Source: Octopus bimaculoides (Eukaryota). Taken from it: DNA of 64,000 nt. Made by a program: the position numbers and the translations under genes. Below, one piece after another: positions 42,113-55,541 of this stretch (the stretch's first letter is position 1; every line of letters starts with the position of its first letter). The DNA is taken from positions 80,319,139 through 80,383,138 of the forward strand of contig NC_068981.1 of NCBI RefSeq assembly GCF_001194135.2, given 5' to 3'. Below the pieces are notes generated by a model. It ran no database searches and was not told the DNA's origin. It worked only from the letters and a program-made list of their open reading frames with translations.

Positions 42113-43374
42113 ATATATCTATCTATCTATCTATCTATATATCTATCTATCTATCTCTATCTCTCTGCAACTATTGATAAAGAGCTAACATGAGCATATG
42201 AAATTTTTTGATTACTGGAATATCTTACAGGCCAACGTTCACCAGAAGCATTGCTGTATACGGAGCTACATATAATATTAATGGTAGTTTAGAGTGGTGA
42301 GCTGGCAGAATAGTTGGCACACTGGGCAAAATGCATAGTGGTATTTTGTTCATCTTTACATTCTGAGTTCAAATTCCATTGAGATCAACTTTACCTTTCA
42401 TCCTTTCAGGGTTGATACAGTAAGCACCAGTTGAACACTGGGATTGATGTAATCGACTTACCTGCCACCCCAGTGTTCAACTGGTGCTTACTGGTGCTTA
42501 CAAGCCCAAAATTGCTGGCCTTGTGCTAAAATTTGAAATCAATATTAATGGTGGTCTCTCAGTCTGAGAAAGACAGTTTTGGAATTTCTTGTTGAACAAC
42601 CTGCACAGATGATTTATTTATAAGGACCAAGTGTTTGTGCCATACATAAACTCCCTCCCCCTATCAAATCAACATGGGCATGATATGCCACATGTCAAAT
42701 GTCAAAAATGACTGCAGATAAAGTGAGATAAAGTGAGATAAAGAACACAATACACAGCTTGGTCTGCGAAGTAAACCAGTCACATGATTGCGACAACCCC
42801 TCACTCATTAGGCCACACTCCCTCACTTATTTAAATACATATCCTTCTTCAAGCTATATACCTTTGAATGCATCACTTGAAGAAGGTATCAGAAGTCTTG
42901 ATACTTTTTACAATTCCAGAAGCACACTGGGTTACCCAGATATGTCCTCAAAACCTTTTGTCAAAGTGTCAAACTCATCATCATGATTAGCTCTATTATG
43001 TGCCAGTATGATTTCAAAAGATGCCATCCTCGTATTTTAATTTACATAAAGATAATTAAGAAAAGGAGAGAAAATAATAAGCATTTTGTCATAATTCTTT
43101 TTAGGAATATTGTTATATTTGGGGATGGTCATATTTTTTGCCAATTAACCAAATGCACTAAATACTCATTCTTCACTTCAGCTTTATTGTTATCATTATT
43201 TTAGTATCCTTTGTCTGAAATCTTTTGTGATACATCTTGTGACTTCTTCAATGACAGAAAGACAAAAATGGACTAAACAGAACAGGAGGAGACACAAAGG
43301 ATGGGGAGTCACTGAAGAGGTCACAGGATGTGTGACGAAAGATTTCAGACAAAGGACACTGGAATAAAAAAATA

Positions 43375-43414
<40 letters not shown>

Positions 43415-45863
43415 TAATAAAGCTGAAGTAAAGAACAAGTATATAGTGTGTGTGGTTAATTGGCCAAAAATATGACCATCCTCAACACGTGATTCCACAT
43501 CAGGAATCTTGCAAAATACGTAAACGTAATATTTTTAGGAAACAATAGTAAAATATCAAAACCAGCCTTCACAGATATGGATGCTCCTGGTTAAGTACGC
43601 ATAACCTATCTGAAGATTAATCAGTAGAACTACCCTGTGTGATCAGTACAAATGTGTTTGATAGAACTTTACCTTGATCTGAAGATCTTCAGAAGAAGAA
43701 GTATCTAAATATTTCTGAAGAAGAAATGATAGAACATTAGTCAAAGCTACAGCTTTAGAATGTTCTGGAGTATGGCGCCCAATCTGTCCAAGTGACCATG
43801 CTGCAGCACTTTGTAAATGATCTTCTTCTTTCTCTGTGAAAATCTGAGCCAACTGTGTAGCACCCTATAAGCCAAAGTAAATACAAGAGGACAACTTGGT
43901 ATATATGTTATGTAGATGGAAATCTGGTAATGACACAGAGATTGCAATCACCACTGCCAATTGAAATAACAATGGTACAATAAGGAATTCCATTGTGATG
44001 ATGGAAGTGGTATGGGGGGGATTGACATTAGCAATGATGGCAGTGGTAGTTGTGGTGGTGGTAATGGTGCTGCTGCTGCTGATGATGAGGGTGATGATAA
44101 TGATGCTGATGATTATGATGATGATGATGATGATGGTGGTGGTGATGATGATGATACCAACAACAACAATGAAGATGACAATGATGCTGTCAACAATGGT
44201 GATGATAATTATGATGATAACGAAGACAATAAGGGGACATTATTATTAATCACAACACTCTTATTGGAGTTAGAGATTACACACCCCTCAGTAGACACGA
44301 GATCATTGTCAACAGAGACAAGAGGGACAGTATAGATCAGTCATAGATTAACCCTTTTACTCCTATATTTCTGTTGAAGTACACTGCCTTTGTTTAAATC
44401 AATTTTTTAAATAATGAACAACTTGCTTCCTTATCCCTCAATATTATACCCCCCTCAGTTGAAAGGTCTTGTCTTGCAGATACTTGGTGACCTCACTAGT
44501 GATGGTGCCATAAAAAATACGTGTAGAACACTTTGTGAAGTGGTTGGTGCTAGGGAGAGTATTCAGCTGTAGAAACCATGCCAAAGCAAACATTGGAGCC
44601 TGGTGCAACCCTCTGGCTTATCTGTTCATGTCAATCTGTCCAACCCATGCCAACATGGGAAAGGGGATTTTGATGATGATGATGATGATGATGACAGTGA
44701 TTGACAATGACAAAGATGGTAACTACAACGATGACAACAACAAATTTAGTAAAATAACATGGTCATTAATAAAGCTGGTATTTGGAACATCAATTAACAC
44801 AAAGGAAGGGTTTTTTTTTTTATATAAATTGCTTTAAAACAAGAAATTATCTGCATGTTTCCAGTAATCCCCTATATCAGTACAAAAGCATTTGCATATT
44901 TCCAGTAATCTCCTATATCAGCACAAATCCATTTTATACTAAAAAATTGGGATTTGGGATTTGACTGAATTATATGATGTAGATGATCAGAGCAGCAGTG
45001 GAGGTAAATGTGAGATGATGTGGCCTTGCAAAATAACTCTGTGACTATTCTACCTCCAGAAAACTTAACCTTTATGTCCAAAAACTCAACACTAGTTTTT
45101 GAAAAACTAAACGTAAATTTTATGTTGGACTTTTTAGCATAACAGTCACAGAAATGCAAAAAATCAATTAAACTATCCCGTGATCCTTCCCAGACAGAAA
45201 AGACGTCACCAATGAACCATAACCAGAGTATTGGTTCATAACCATGTAGGGATTATTGAAAGAAAGAAAAAAAGTGTTATCATGTACATTGTTTTGTCTT
45301 GGTATAAAAGATGGGCTGCAGCAAATATTCTGCTCAGTACCACAGGTTTGCTTGTCAATTGTTTGACCATAACCAGTTAAGCATGTCTCTTAGCGGCTGA
45401 CGATATGTGCATCTCTGATCATGAGCAGAAGTAGTGGGGGAGCATCATAGCCATGTGTTGAGAGGAATTCTTTGGGATTTGGATAATTCACCTTTGGAAA
45501 CATGGGTGTTTCATTCAACATCCTCAAACAACCCTCATTCAGAGACTTTTCCTTCCAATGAAATTGCTGGCCTTGTACCAAAATTTGAAATCAATATTAA
45601 TTTATTGTTTTTGAGGGTTTTTTTTTTTGACAACAGTAATGGAAATAGCCAACTGTACCTTAGAGACAATGACAGCCATAGCAAGGTTTTCAGCATGTGC
45701 AGCAATGTAGCCAAGTGCCATTATTCCTGGTAGTCTTATGTTGCCTTGGGACTCTCCTATGTAGGAAACAATGGCAGCAACTCCACCTGCGTTGACAACA
45801 AGCTGGGATAACTGCATAAAAGAGTAAAATCAAGTGAATGAGAAACACCACACACACATACAC

Positions 45864-45942
<79 letters not shown>

Positions 45943-46263
45943 CTTTCCCCACAAACACTTCAAGATAACTCTTTCTGGCCTCACAACATACTCAACCAAG
46001 GGACATAACTCCTAACCTAATCCTTTGGCCCTTTTTCGTTTCACTACCTTTTGCACAGCAGCCACACACCGGTTGCGTTAATCCACCTCCGACAATAGAG
46101 GGCAGTCTCCATATTCTCTTCCATACCAGCTAACTCTGATGAGCGTAAGGTTATATAACCGGATTGTTACCTAACACTCCATTGTATTCCTTGTGCGAAA
46201 CCGGTAAGATTAGCTGTGATGGATATATAATGCTATAAATTTCGGATAATATATATCTATCTA

Positions 46264-46342
<79 letters not shown>

Positions 46343-49261
46343 TGACTGGATTGTCACAGCTGCTGAAATACTTTAGAATGAATCTCTGTTACAAATAATG
46401 AAAATACTGTGTTTGAAACAGTTAGTTTATACAGAATTACAATGATTCTAATTCATCTAATGAGCTCTGGTTGCTAGTACTAAAGAATGAAATCTCATAA
46501 GTAAATGAAACATAATTCTAGGAGTGATCAAAATTGCTTAAATGGGAATCAAAACTGCATCACTGACTTGCATTGCCAACAGTTTACCATCAATCTAGAA
46601 TAGACACATATACACTTCTTCTAAAGCATCTTGAAACACACATGTGTCTTCCAACCAACAATAATGTGTACCTCTGGAGTATGTTTTGCTATTTCTCGGA
46701 TAAGAGTGGCAACATTCTTCTTCACTTGATTATCTAAGTCTTTCAAGCTGGTCAAAACAGAAGGGAATATTTCGGCCTCAACAACCATTTCAGCAAGGTC
46801 AACAGAGTGTTTGGCTATCTGACTGAGAGCTGAGAACACTTGTCTCTGAAATAGAAGTAAGCAGGAAGATTTTTAGCTAACCAAAGGCAAATGTTAGGAA
46901 AAATAGATACCAAACAAGACATTGCAACAAGAAAGCAGCTAGTTAGAAAATCTCTATAAGAGATGAAAGAAATAACTATACTGAGAAGTAATGTTTATGG
47001 CTGTTCCATATTAACCAACATTACTACCATTTTTAACCCCAGGAGGAGGCCTCGTCCAGCTTGTTATTGATGCAATCTGCACCGTATATATATTGCAAGC
47101 AGGGGAGTTAACCCTTGGTATTGGACTATTGCAAGATTAGTTGGAAGTTAGTTTATATATTTTACAAAGATTATGTTTTATTGTTCTGTCTTTTACTTGT
47201 TTCATTTGTTGGACTACAGCCATGCTGGGGCACGGCCTTGAAGGGTTTATTTAAGCAAATCAACCCCAAAAGATATGTTTTAAGTCTGGTACTTATCCTA
47301 CTTGTCTCTTTTGCCAAATTACTGAGTTACAGGGATGTAGACAAACCACCACCGATTGTCAAATAGTGGGGACAAACATAAACACAAAGACACACACATA
47401 CACATGCACTTGTGTGTGTGTGTGTGTGTGTAAATACAATGGCTTTCCACACAGATTCTGTCAACAAAATTTTGGTCACATGACTTTGGTTGACCCAGGA
47501 CTGTAGTAAGAGACATTTGTCCAAGATGACACGCTTACATAGTTGCAAAGCAAGCTTCTCAACCACACAGCCATAAATTTCCCAATTACTTAAAGCATTT
47601 CCTTTTGTTCCTCTAACTTCCCTATTTTTAAATTTGGGAATAGGTACAGGCATGGCTGCATGGTTCAAAAGTATGCTTTGCAAAGAAAATGGTGGGATTC
47701 AATTCCCCAGCAGCACCTTGGGATCTCAAGAATGTGAAGTGAAGTTCTTAACTATTCGGTCATACTATCATCATCATTATTGTTATCATCATCATCATCA
47801 CCACCACCACCACTACCACCACCACCACCATCATCGTTGTCGTCGTTGTCATCATCATCATCATCATCATCATTTTTTTATGTCTACTTTTCCATGCTAG
47901 CATGGGTCAGACAGGATTCATTGAGACAGATTTTCTAAGACTGGATGTCCTTCCAGTCACCAATGTTCACTTGTTTCAGTAATGATATTTAGAAAAATTA
48001 TTTATTGGTCATGACTATAATAGTAAAACTTTTGACTTACTTTTAGTCTAGAATTTGGATTCAGTGTCATCTGTGAGAGGTGAGCAATAGCACCACAGTC
48101 CACAACAGTTTGAGCCAATTCAGGTGAATGTTTGCAGATATCACTAAGTGCAGAAGCAGCTATACTTTTCAGGGATACTTCAGGTTCCTGAATGCAGAGC
48201 ACTAGGAGAGGGACAGCACCTGCATCCACCACAGCTTGAGAAAGTTCTGATCAACACAAAGAAATATTATATATATTATATATGTCATTGAATTTCTTGA
48301 ATATAGTATTCTAAAGGTTGTTGGCACTCCGTCGCTTACGACGTCGAGGGTTCCAGTTGATCCAATCAACGGAACAGCCTGCTCATGAAATTAACGTGCA
48401 AGTGGCTGAGCACTCTACAGACACGTGTACCCTTAACAGTACACAGTGTGACAAGGCTGACCCTTTGAATTACAGGCACAACAGAAACAGGAAGAAAGAG
48501 TGAGAGAAAGTTGTGGTGAAAGAGTACAGCAGGGTTCGCCACCATCTCCTGCCGGAGCCTCGTGGAGCTTTATGTGTTTTCGCTCAATAAACACTCACAA
48601 CGCCCGGTCTGGGATCGAAACCGCTATCCTATGACCGCGAGTCAGCTGCCCTAACCACTGGGCCATTGCGCCTCCACTATTCTAAAGGTAAGCCAATCAT
48701 AAATAATCACATCTTTAATACCTTAAGTCAGGAAGGAGCCAATGCGGGAACCTTTTTTATGTTTACTCATTCTGCTGGAAGAAGGAGCCAAATCTGACTC
48801 AAATCATATTAAGAAAGGAAAATATACATTACACACACATACATACATACATACATACACAAGCACATACACATATACAAACAAATACACACATGCACAC
48901 AAACACACACATACAAACACATACACAAACACATAAACTCGCAAACACACACACACGCAACAAACTCACATACACCTATGCTGTATACAAGTTGACTTTC
49001 ACTCTTGAGAACTCCAAGGAAAGTTATTGTTCTTTACATTAGCAAGGCCTTCAACCATGCATGTGGTATGAGAACCTCTGAGCTAAGTTTCTTAGCTATG
49101 GGCTTTATATAAATCCTTCTCCCAGCCTGCTTTGTTGCAGCAAGCACTGATGACGATTTCTTTCTGACTTGTAGTCATCAACACTGGTGCATGTTAAATG
49201 GAACTCGGTTATGTCCCAGATTCTTCTAAGCATGAAAGATTTTTACTTTCACTTCCAGTAA

Positions 49262-49308
<47 letters not shown>

Positions 49309-51666
49309 GCACATACAAATATACAAACACACACAGAAACACAAACAAATACAAACACATGCAAACACATAAACTCACACACACGCACACATGCATACAT
49401 GCACACACGCACACACACACACACACACATCACAAACACATACACACCTATGCTAACAATGTACCGTTCCTAACTTCTCCTAAACCATATACAATCTGAA
49501 TGTCACATTCTATATCTGCACTGTTGCGATGAACAGTCATCTCAAAAAATATTATCTAATGGTGAAATGACCATCAAGACTCCTTCAGCATTACATAAAG
49601 ATTATCACAACACAGAACCTCCATCAACAGGCATATTTACATCTAAACAACATCCTGCTAAACCTCATATATATTTCTAAAACTAAACTTCTTTCTTTAA
49701 GCCAAAACATACTTAAGCTCTGATCAGTTGTTGGTGGGAATAATCAGTTGAATTTTGAATTGATCTCACTACATGTTTTACCCTGCCTTAGTCCTTTACC
49801 ATTCAGGTTTCTCAGTGAAATGTATTACTTATTTATTCATATTGCTTTGAATTTATTCGTGAATTATCTGAGATATCAATGATGTGATTGTTTACATTTA
49901 AAATGACATTGTAAAGTAGGTGTGAGAGGCTGGATCTGGCCAGTTTGAACATAAAACAGGTACAATATTTGGGCTGGATATGGCTGGTTTAAATGCTAAA
50001 GAGTTAAACATGAGTAGCTTGCATCTATAGATCTCCAAATAACTGCTTCAAATGATGATTTCTCATGGCAAATGCACCTCCTTTAATATAGCTAAAACTG
50101 CATCTCAAAGACTGATTCTTCCCTTCAGAGCCAGAAAATATTTCAGCTTTTCAACAACTACTGGCCTTTTACAAAACTCCCACAATGGAATGCTGCTCCC
50201 ACATTTGGGATAGTGCTGCTGCTGCTGCTGGTGTTACACGCATTGTATACCAGGCATGGGCAACATTTTCCAAGAAGCAGGCTGCACGAGACATAACTCA
50301 TCATCCTGTGGGCCACACTACTAGAAAAATTCACGGTAATTTTTTAGTCAGGCATCCCATTGTGAAAGTCCTACAGGTTGCAGTTTGCCCATAACTTTTA
50401 TCTAGTTAGTGTGGGACTTGATGGGGGCTGACAGCAAAATGAGAAATAGAAGGAAAGGAGGCAAGTAAGCCTAGAGCACCTGAGTAAAGGTGGAATGAAA
50501 CTAGCTATACTATTCATGCTAACCTCATGAAGTCACCCACAGACATACTCCAATCTTTAACACACAGATTATTCTGTTGTCACTTTCTACCTTTTCTACT
50601 ATTACTACAATGGCCTCTTCTTCTCAGAGCAAGCTAGTTTCATTCCACCTTTACTCAGGTGCTCTAGGCTTACTTGCCTCCTTTCTTTCTATTTCTCATT
50701 TTGCTGTCAGACCCCATCAAGTCCCACACTAACTACTACACCCAGTTCTTCCTCCCCAGAACCTTTGTTCACTGAAATTTCCTTTCTGTTCATGCCTTTC
50801 TTGAACAGAAATACTTGCAACAGGATAAGCAGAACTTTGACAACATTAATCTCACCAGTCCCAGACGACCTGTGAACATTACGAACATGGCCCCTTTCTT
50901 TCAAACCTAGCAAGTAAGAGAAAAAAATTCCTACTCTAAATTTACTTTGATCCTAGAAGATGAAAATCAAGCTGTTCCTGAGCAACATGGTTAATTCTAT
51001 GTTTTCTTAAGTTGTTTACTTCTTTAGAAAAGGTACTAGGTGCACCATGGTTACTGTCTATGACAGAACATCCAATGGCTAGTTTTTTCTCATCCATTTA
51101 ATACCATGAAGCTAGAGCTTCATGAAGCATTAATCTATAGAAAATTCTTTCAGACTGAAGGAGCATATTTTATATTGCATGGCTTTAAGTCATCCAACTC
51201 TCGTTGAATCTGAACTGAGGAAAGAGAAATAAGAAGTGCTTAGTTAGGTTATTTATGTTTTCTGCTACTTCAGCAAGTTTTATTCTAATATCCATCATAG
51301 TTCATTCATTAAAATATAAATATAACAGATCTGAAATAAAAATTAAAAATCAAAACTAAAAAATACAAGGATTTAATTGACCAGGTTTGACTATTGGATG
51401 CATGTGGTGAAATAGGTGTGAATAAATTTACCTGCATTGTGTGCAGCAATATATCCAAATGCCCAGGCAGCAGACTCTTTAACTTCAGGGTCAAACTCTT
51501 CTAAACAAACAGCCAGAGATTCAAGGGCACCACTGTTTACTACAGCCTTAGCTAGACTTGGAGAATGTTTAGCAACAGCTCGTAGGACGAATGCTGCAGA
51601 CTTTTTATAGAATCTCTGTCAAAAAATAACAAATAAATACGAGTGTTTTATATGTTTATATATATA

Positions 51667-51713
<47 letters not shown>

Positions 51714-54681
51714 CATTCAACTATCATTTCAACTATGATAGTAGTTGAATAATATTCTTAACGTAGCTTTTTTGTCACAGTCAGTGTCTCCCAAGCAGTC
51801 TCACTAATTCAGTTTTAATCGAAATCAAATTTAGTTTATTTGAATTATGTTTGACTAGTGATAAGCTACATTTAGACATAAAATATTTAATATCTGGTGC
51901 AGTGGAACAAAAGTTAAGAGCAAAAATGTATAGACCAAACTGGTTGAATGGCAGGTAGTAACACCTTACATCGACACTTTGAATCCACACCATTCTTTTA
52001 ATTTTAATTAAAAGAATGGTGGTGGTGGTGGTGGTGGTGGTGGTTGTAGTGGTGGNNNNNNNNNNNNNNNNNNNNNNNNNNNNNNNNNNNNNNNNNNNNN
52101 NNNNNNNNNGGTGGTGGTGGTGGTGGTGGTGGTAGTTTTGGTGGTGGTGGTTTTGGTGGTGGTGGTGGTTTTAGTGGTGGTGCTGCTAGTGGTGAATGAT
52201 AGTAGATAATGAGAATGATGTTAACTATTATAATTTTGATGAAAAATATGGTTGAGGTGGTGATGAATATGATGAATGATGATTGGTAATGAGAACAATA
52301 TTAAAGCTAGATAAAGAGGTGGCCCTTACATTTTGTTCAGCCAAAGAATAAACAAGTTGAGGCAATATGTCCCCTTTCACCACAGCTTCAGCCAGTTCTT
52401 CACTGTAGTTGGCAAGTCTGCCTAGAGCTAGAGCAGCAGTGTGCTGGACAGTTGGTACAATATCCAAAAGGAGTGGCCGCAGTAGTGACATAATACCAGC
52501 ATTTTGTAATGTCTCTATGTGCTGTGGACGTGATGCCAACTCAGCTATAGTTTGGACAAACTTGGTGCGGTCTTTCTGATACTGTTCAAAAACTGGAATA
52601 GATATAAAAGAAACAAATTTTTGTGAATAGCATGTAGTGAATTGTTTTATTATTTCTGTTTTTTATAGTTTTGTGAGAATGTTTATCTAATGTGTGATAT
52701 AGCAAATCACACATCCACTTCCAAATAGTTACCACATTTACTCATGTGTTATGTCAGAAATTTGATATAATAAAAAATCAGAGTGAAAGCTGGGGAGTAT
52801 CATATTTAAGTGTGAAAATAAATAATGCAACAACAAACCTGTGAAAATAAAGATACTGAAGGTAATAACCTTAAAACATTTAATACACCTCATTGCCTGC
52901 AGTTATCAAATGCTGTATGTGTAGTGAATACAGCCAATGGTATTTACATTGGCAGGCCAGTGACAAATGGTTATACATTTTATAGTTTAAAAGTGTGTAG
53001 GGAGACTAATTTTATAATTGTATCTTTAGACTTAAGTACTCTGAAAATGGCTCCATGCCTAAGTCTCTAATGATTGGTCACATGACCAATCATGTGATGC
53101 TGAAAATCTTTGTCAAGTCAGGCATTTGGAATGGTCTAGTTTTACACGAGATATGGAATATGTATTCAAACGTATTGTGCAATAGTCCACCAAACATGGC
53201 AAATTCTAAATGTTGGTTTGAGCCATTTTTTGTTAATAAGTAGCATGAAGTTTCTCATTTTATCAGAGGGGAGAGTTTACTTTCAGGAAGCCATGTCACA
53301 TTATTTTCATTCCTGTTGAAGCATGTTTAACCACGTTCAACTGAGTCTGAAAAAGTCATCTATGAATGATTTTCTACAGTCCACATTTCTTTGTGCTCAA
53401 TTAATCTGGTTCGTTGTATAATTTATTCTCCAGCATCCCTCTACCTTCCCCACCATATGCACCTCCCACCTCTGTCTTTATCATTCCCTCAGTCCAGCCT
53501 TCATTTCTTCCCAATCTTTAAACATGTTGCCTACCTTCCCCTCTCCCATTTTCCCTAGTTCTCCACCTCCATATACTCCTACAAATCCCTACCCACACAA
53601 ACTCTGGTTTTAATTGATTAATATCAATTTCTACCCTTATTAATAAATTTTAAATAATGATGTTCTCAAACCGGTAAATTAGCTGCAAAAATTTATTAAC
53701 TGCAGAGTTATTTCCGGACTTAGCGTGCCAGATTGAAGACATTTGAAAGGATACACTGAATGTAATTTGTAGAACTCTACACGTGCTCTCTTTCGGGTGG
53801 ACGTCTTGTGTCTAGTTCTGGAAATTATATTTCATAAATTGACAGACTACGCTGATGATCCTGTAGATATTCACTTATGTAAATTTTAACAGGTGAAACC
53901 ATGGTACGTAGGTTAATCGTTTTTTTATTTAGTATTTTTTCATTTGTCTTGCTCTTTTACAGTCTGTTGTGTCGCTAAATTTTTACTGAGAACATATTTT
54001 TTGTGGTTAGATGATTCAGCATCTATTTCTAGCATATAGGAGTCCACTTTTGCTGGTCATTCCTCTTATTTTTATATGTAATATAATTTTAATCTTCGGA
54101 TTTTTTTAATATGCTAGACCACTGGTTTTAATTGATTAATATCAATTTCTACCCTTATTAATAAATTATATATATATATACATATACATATATATATGTA
54201 TATNNNNNNNNNNNNNNNNNNNNNNNNNNNNNNNNNNNNNNNNNNNNNNNNNNNNNNNNNNNNNNNNNNNNNNNNNNNNNNNNNNNNNNNNNNNNNNNNN
54301 NNNNNNNNNNNNNNNNNNNNNNNNNNNNNNNNNNNNNNNNNNNNNNNNNNNNNNNNNNNNNNNNNNNNNNNNNNNNNNNNNNNNNNNNNNNNNNNNNNNN
54401 NNNNNNNNNNNNNNNNNNNNNNNNNNNNNNNNNNNNNNNNNNNNNNNNNNNNNNNNNNNNNNNNNNNNNNNNNNNNNNNNNNNNNNNNNNNNNNNNNNNN
54501 NNNNNNNNNNNNNNNNNNNNNNNNNNNNNNNNNNNNNNNNNNNNNNNNNNNNNNNNNNNNNNNNNNNNNNNNNNNNNNNNNNNNNNNNNNNNNNNNNNNN
54601 NNNNNNNNNNNNNNNNNNNNNNNNNNNNNNNNNNNNNNNNNNNNNNNNNNNNNNNNNNNNNNNNNNNNNNNNNNNNNNNNN

Positions 54682-54744
<63 letters not shown>

Positions 54745-55503
54745 ATGTACATATATATATATGTATGTGACTATTTGAATATGCCTCAAGAAATGAAACT
54801 TGAAGTCTCAATCGTCTCTCATACATTAAATTTGACTACACTAACCATGAATCATTTCCTCAGTAAATGTTTGTTGTTACTCGTCACTTAACAACTCAAC
54901 ATTAATAATGTATAAATCAAAGCTGTGAATTAGCAGACTTGTTGGACATTGTGATATTTCTTTGGGGTTTCAGAAGTCATTAAATAAAGTGTCAGCAACG
55001 CTAATGTGGCTTCTCCTGCTCCTCCTCCTGCTGCTGCTGCTCCTCCTCCTCCTCATCATCATCATCATCCCCCTCCCNNNNNNNNNNNNNNNNNNNNNNN
55101 NNNNNNNNNNNNNNNNNNNNNNNNNNNNNNNNNNNNNNNNNNNNNNNNNNNNNNNNNNNNNNNNNNNNNNNNNNNNNNNNNNNNNNNNNNNNNNNNNNNN
55201 NNNNNNNNNNNNNNNNNNNNNNNNNNNNNNNNNNNNNNNNNNNNNNNNNNNNNNNNNNNNNNNNNNNNNNNNNNNNNNNNNNNNNNNNNNNNNNNNNNNN
55301 NNNNNNNNNNNNNNNNNNNNNNNNNNNNNNNNNNNNNNNNNNNNNNNNNNNNNNNNNNNNNNNNNCCATCCCTCCCCCTCTCTTTCTCTCTGGAATTAAT
55401 CAACTGAGTTTAGACCTAGAGAGTTATGACAGTGCCCAAACAACTTCATCAGGAAATGAGAGCCCAAAGGAGGAGGGATTTGTATGTGTGTGTATGTTCA
55501 TTC

Positions 55504-55541
<38 letters not shown>

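Noticed and set aside
48590-48677. tRNA-like sequence with A and B boxes
   Set aside because: It is the head of a SINE bounded by a TSD; no complete cloverleaf acceptor stem was found.
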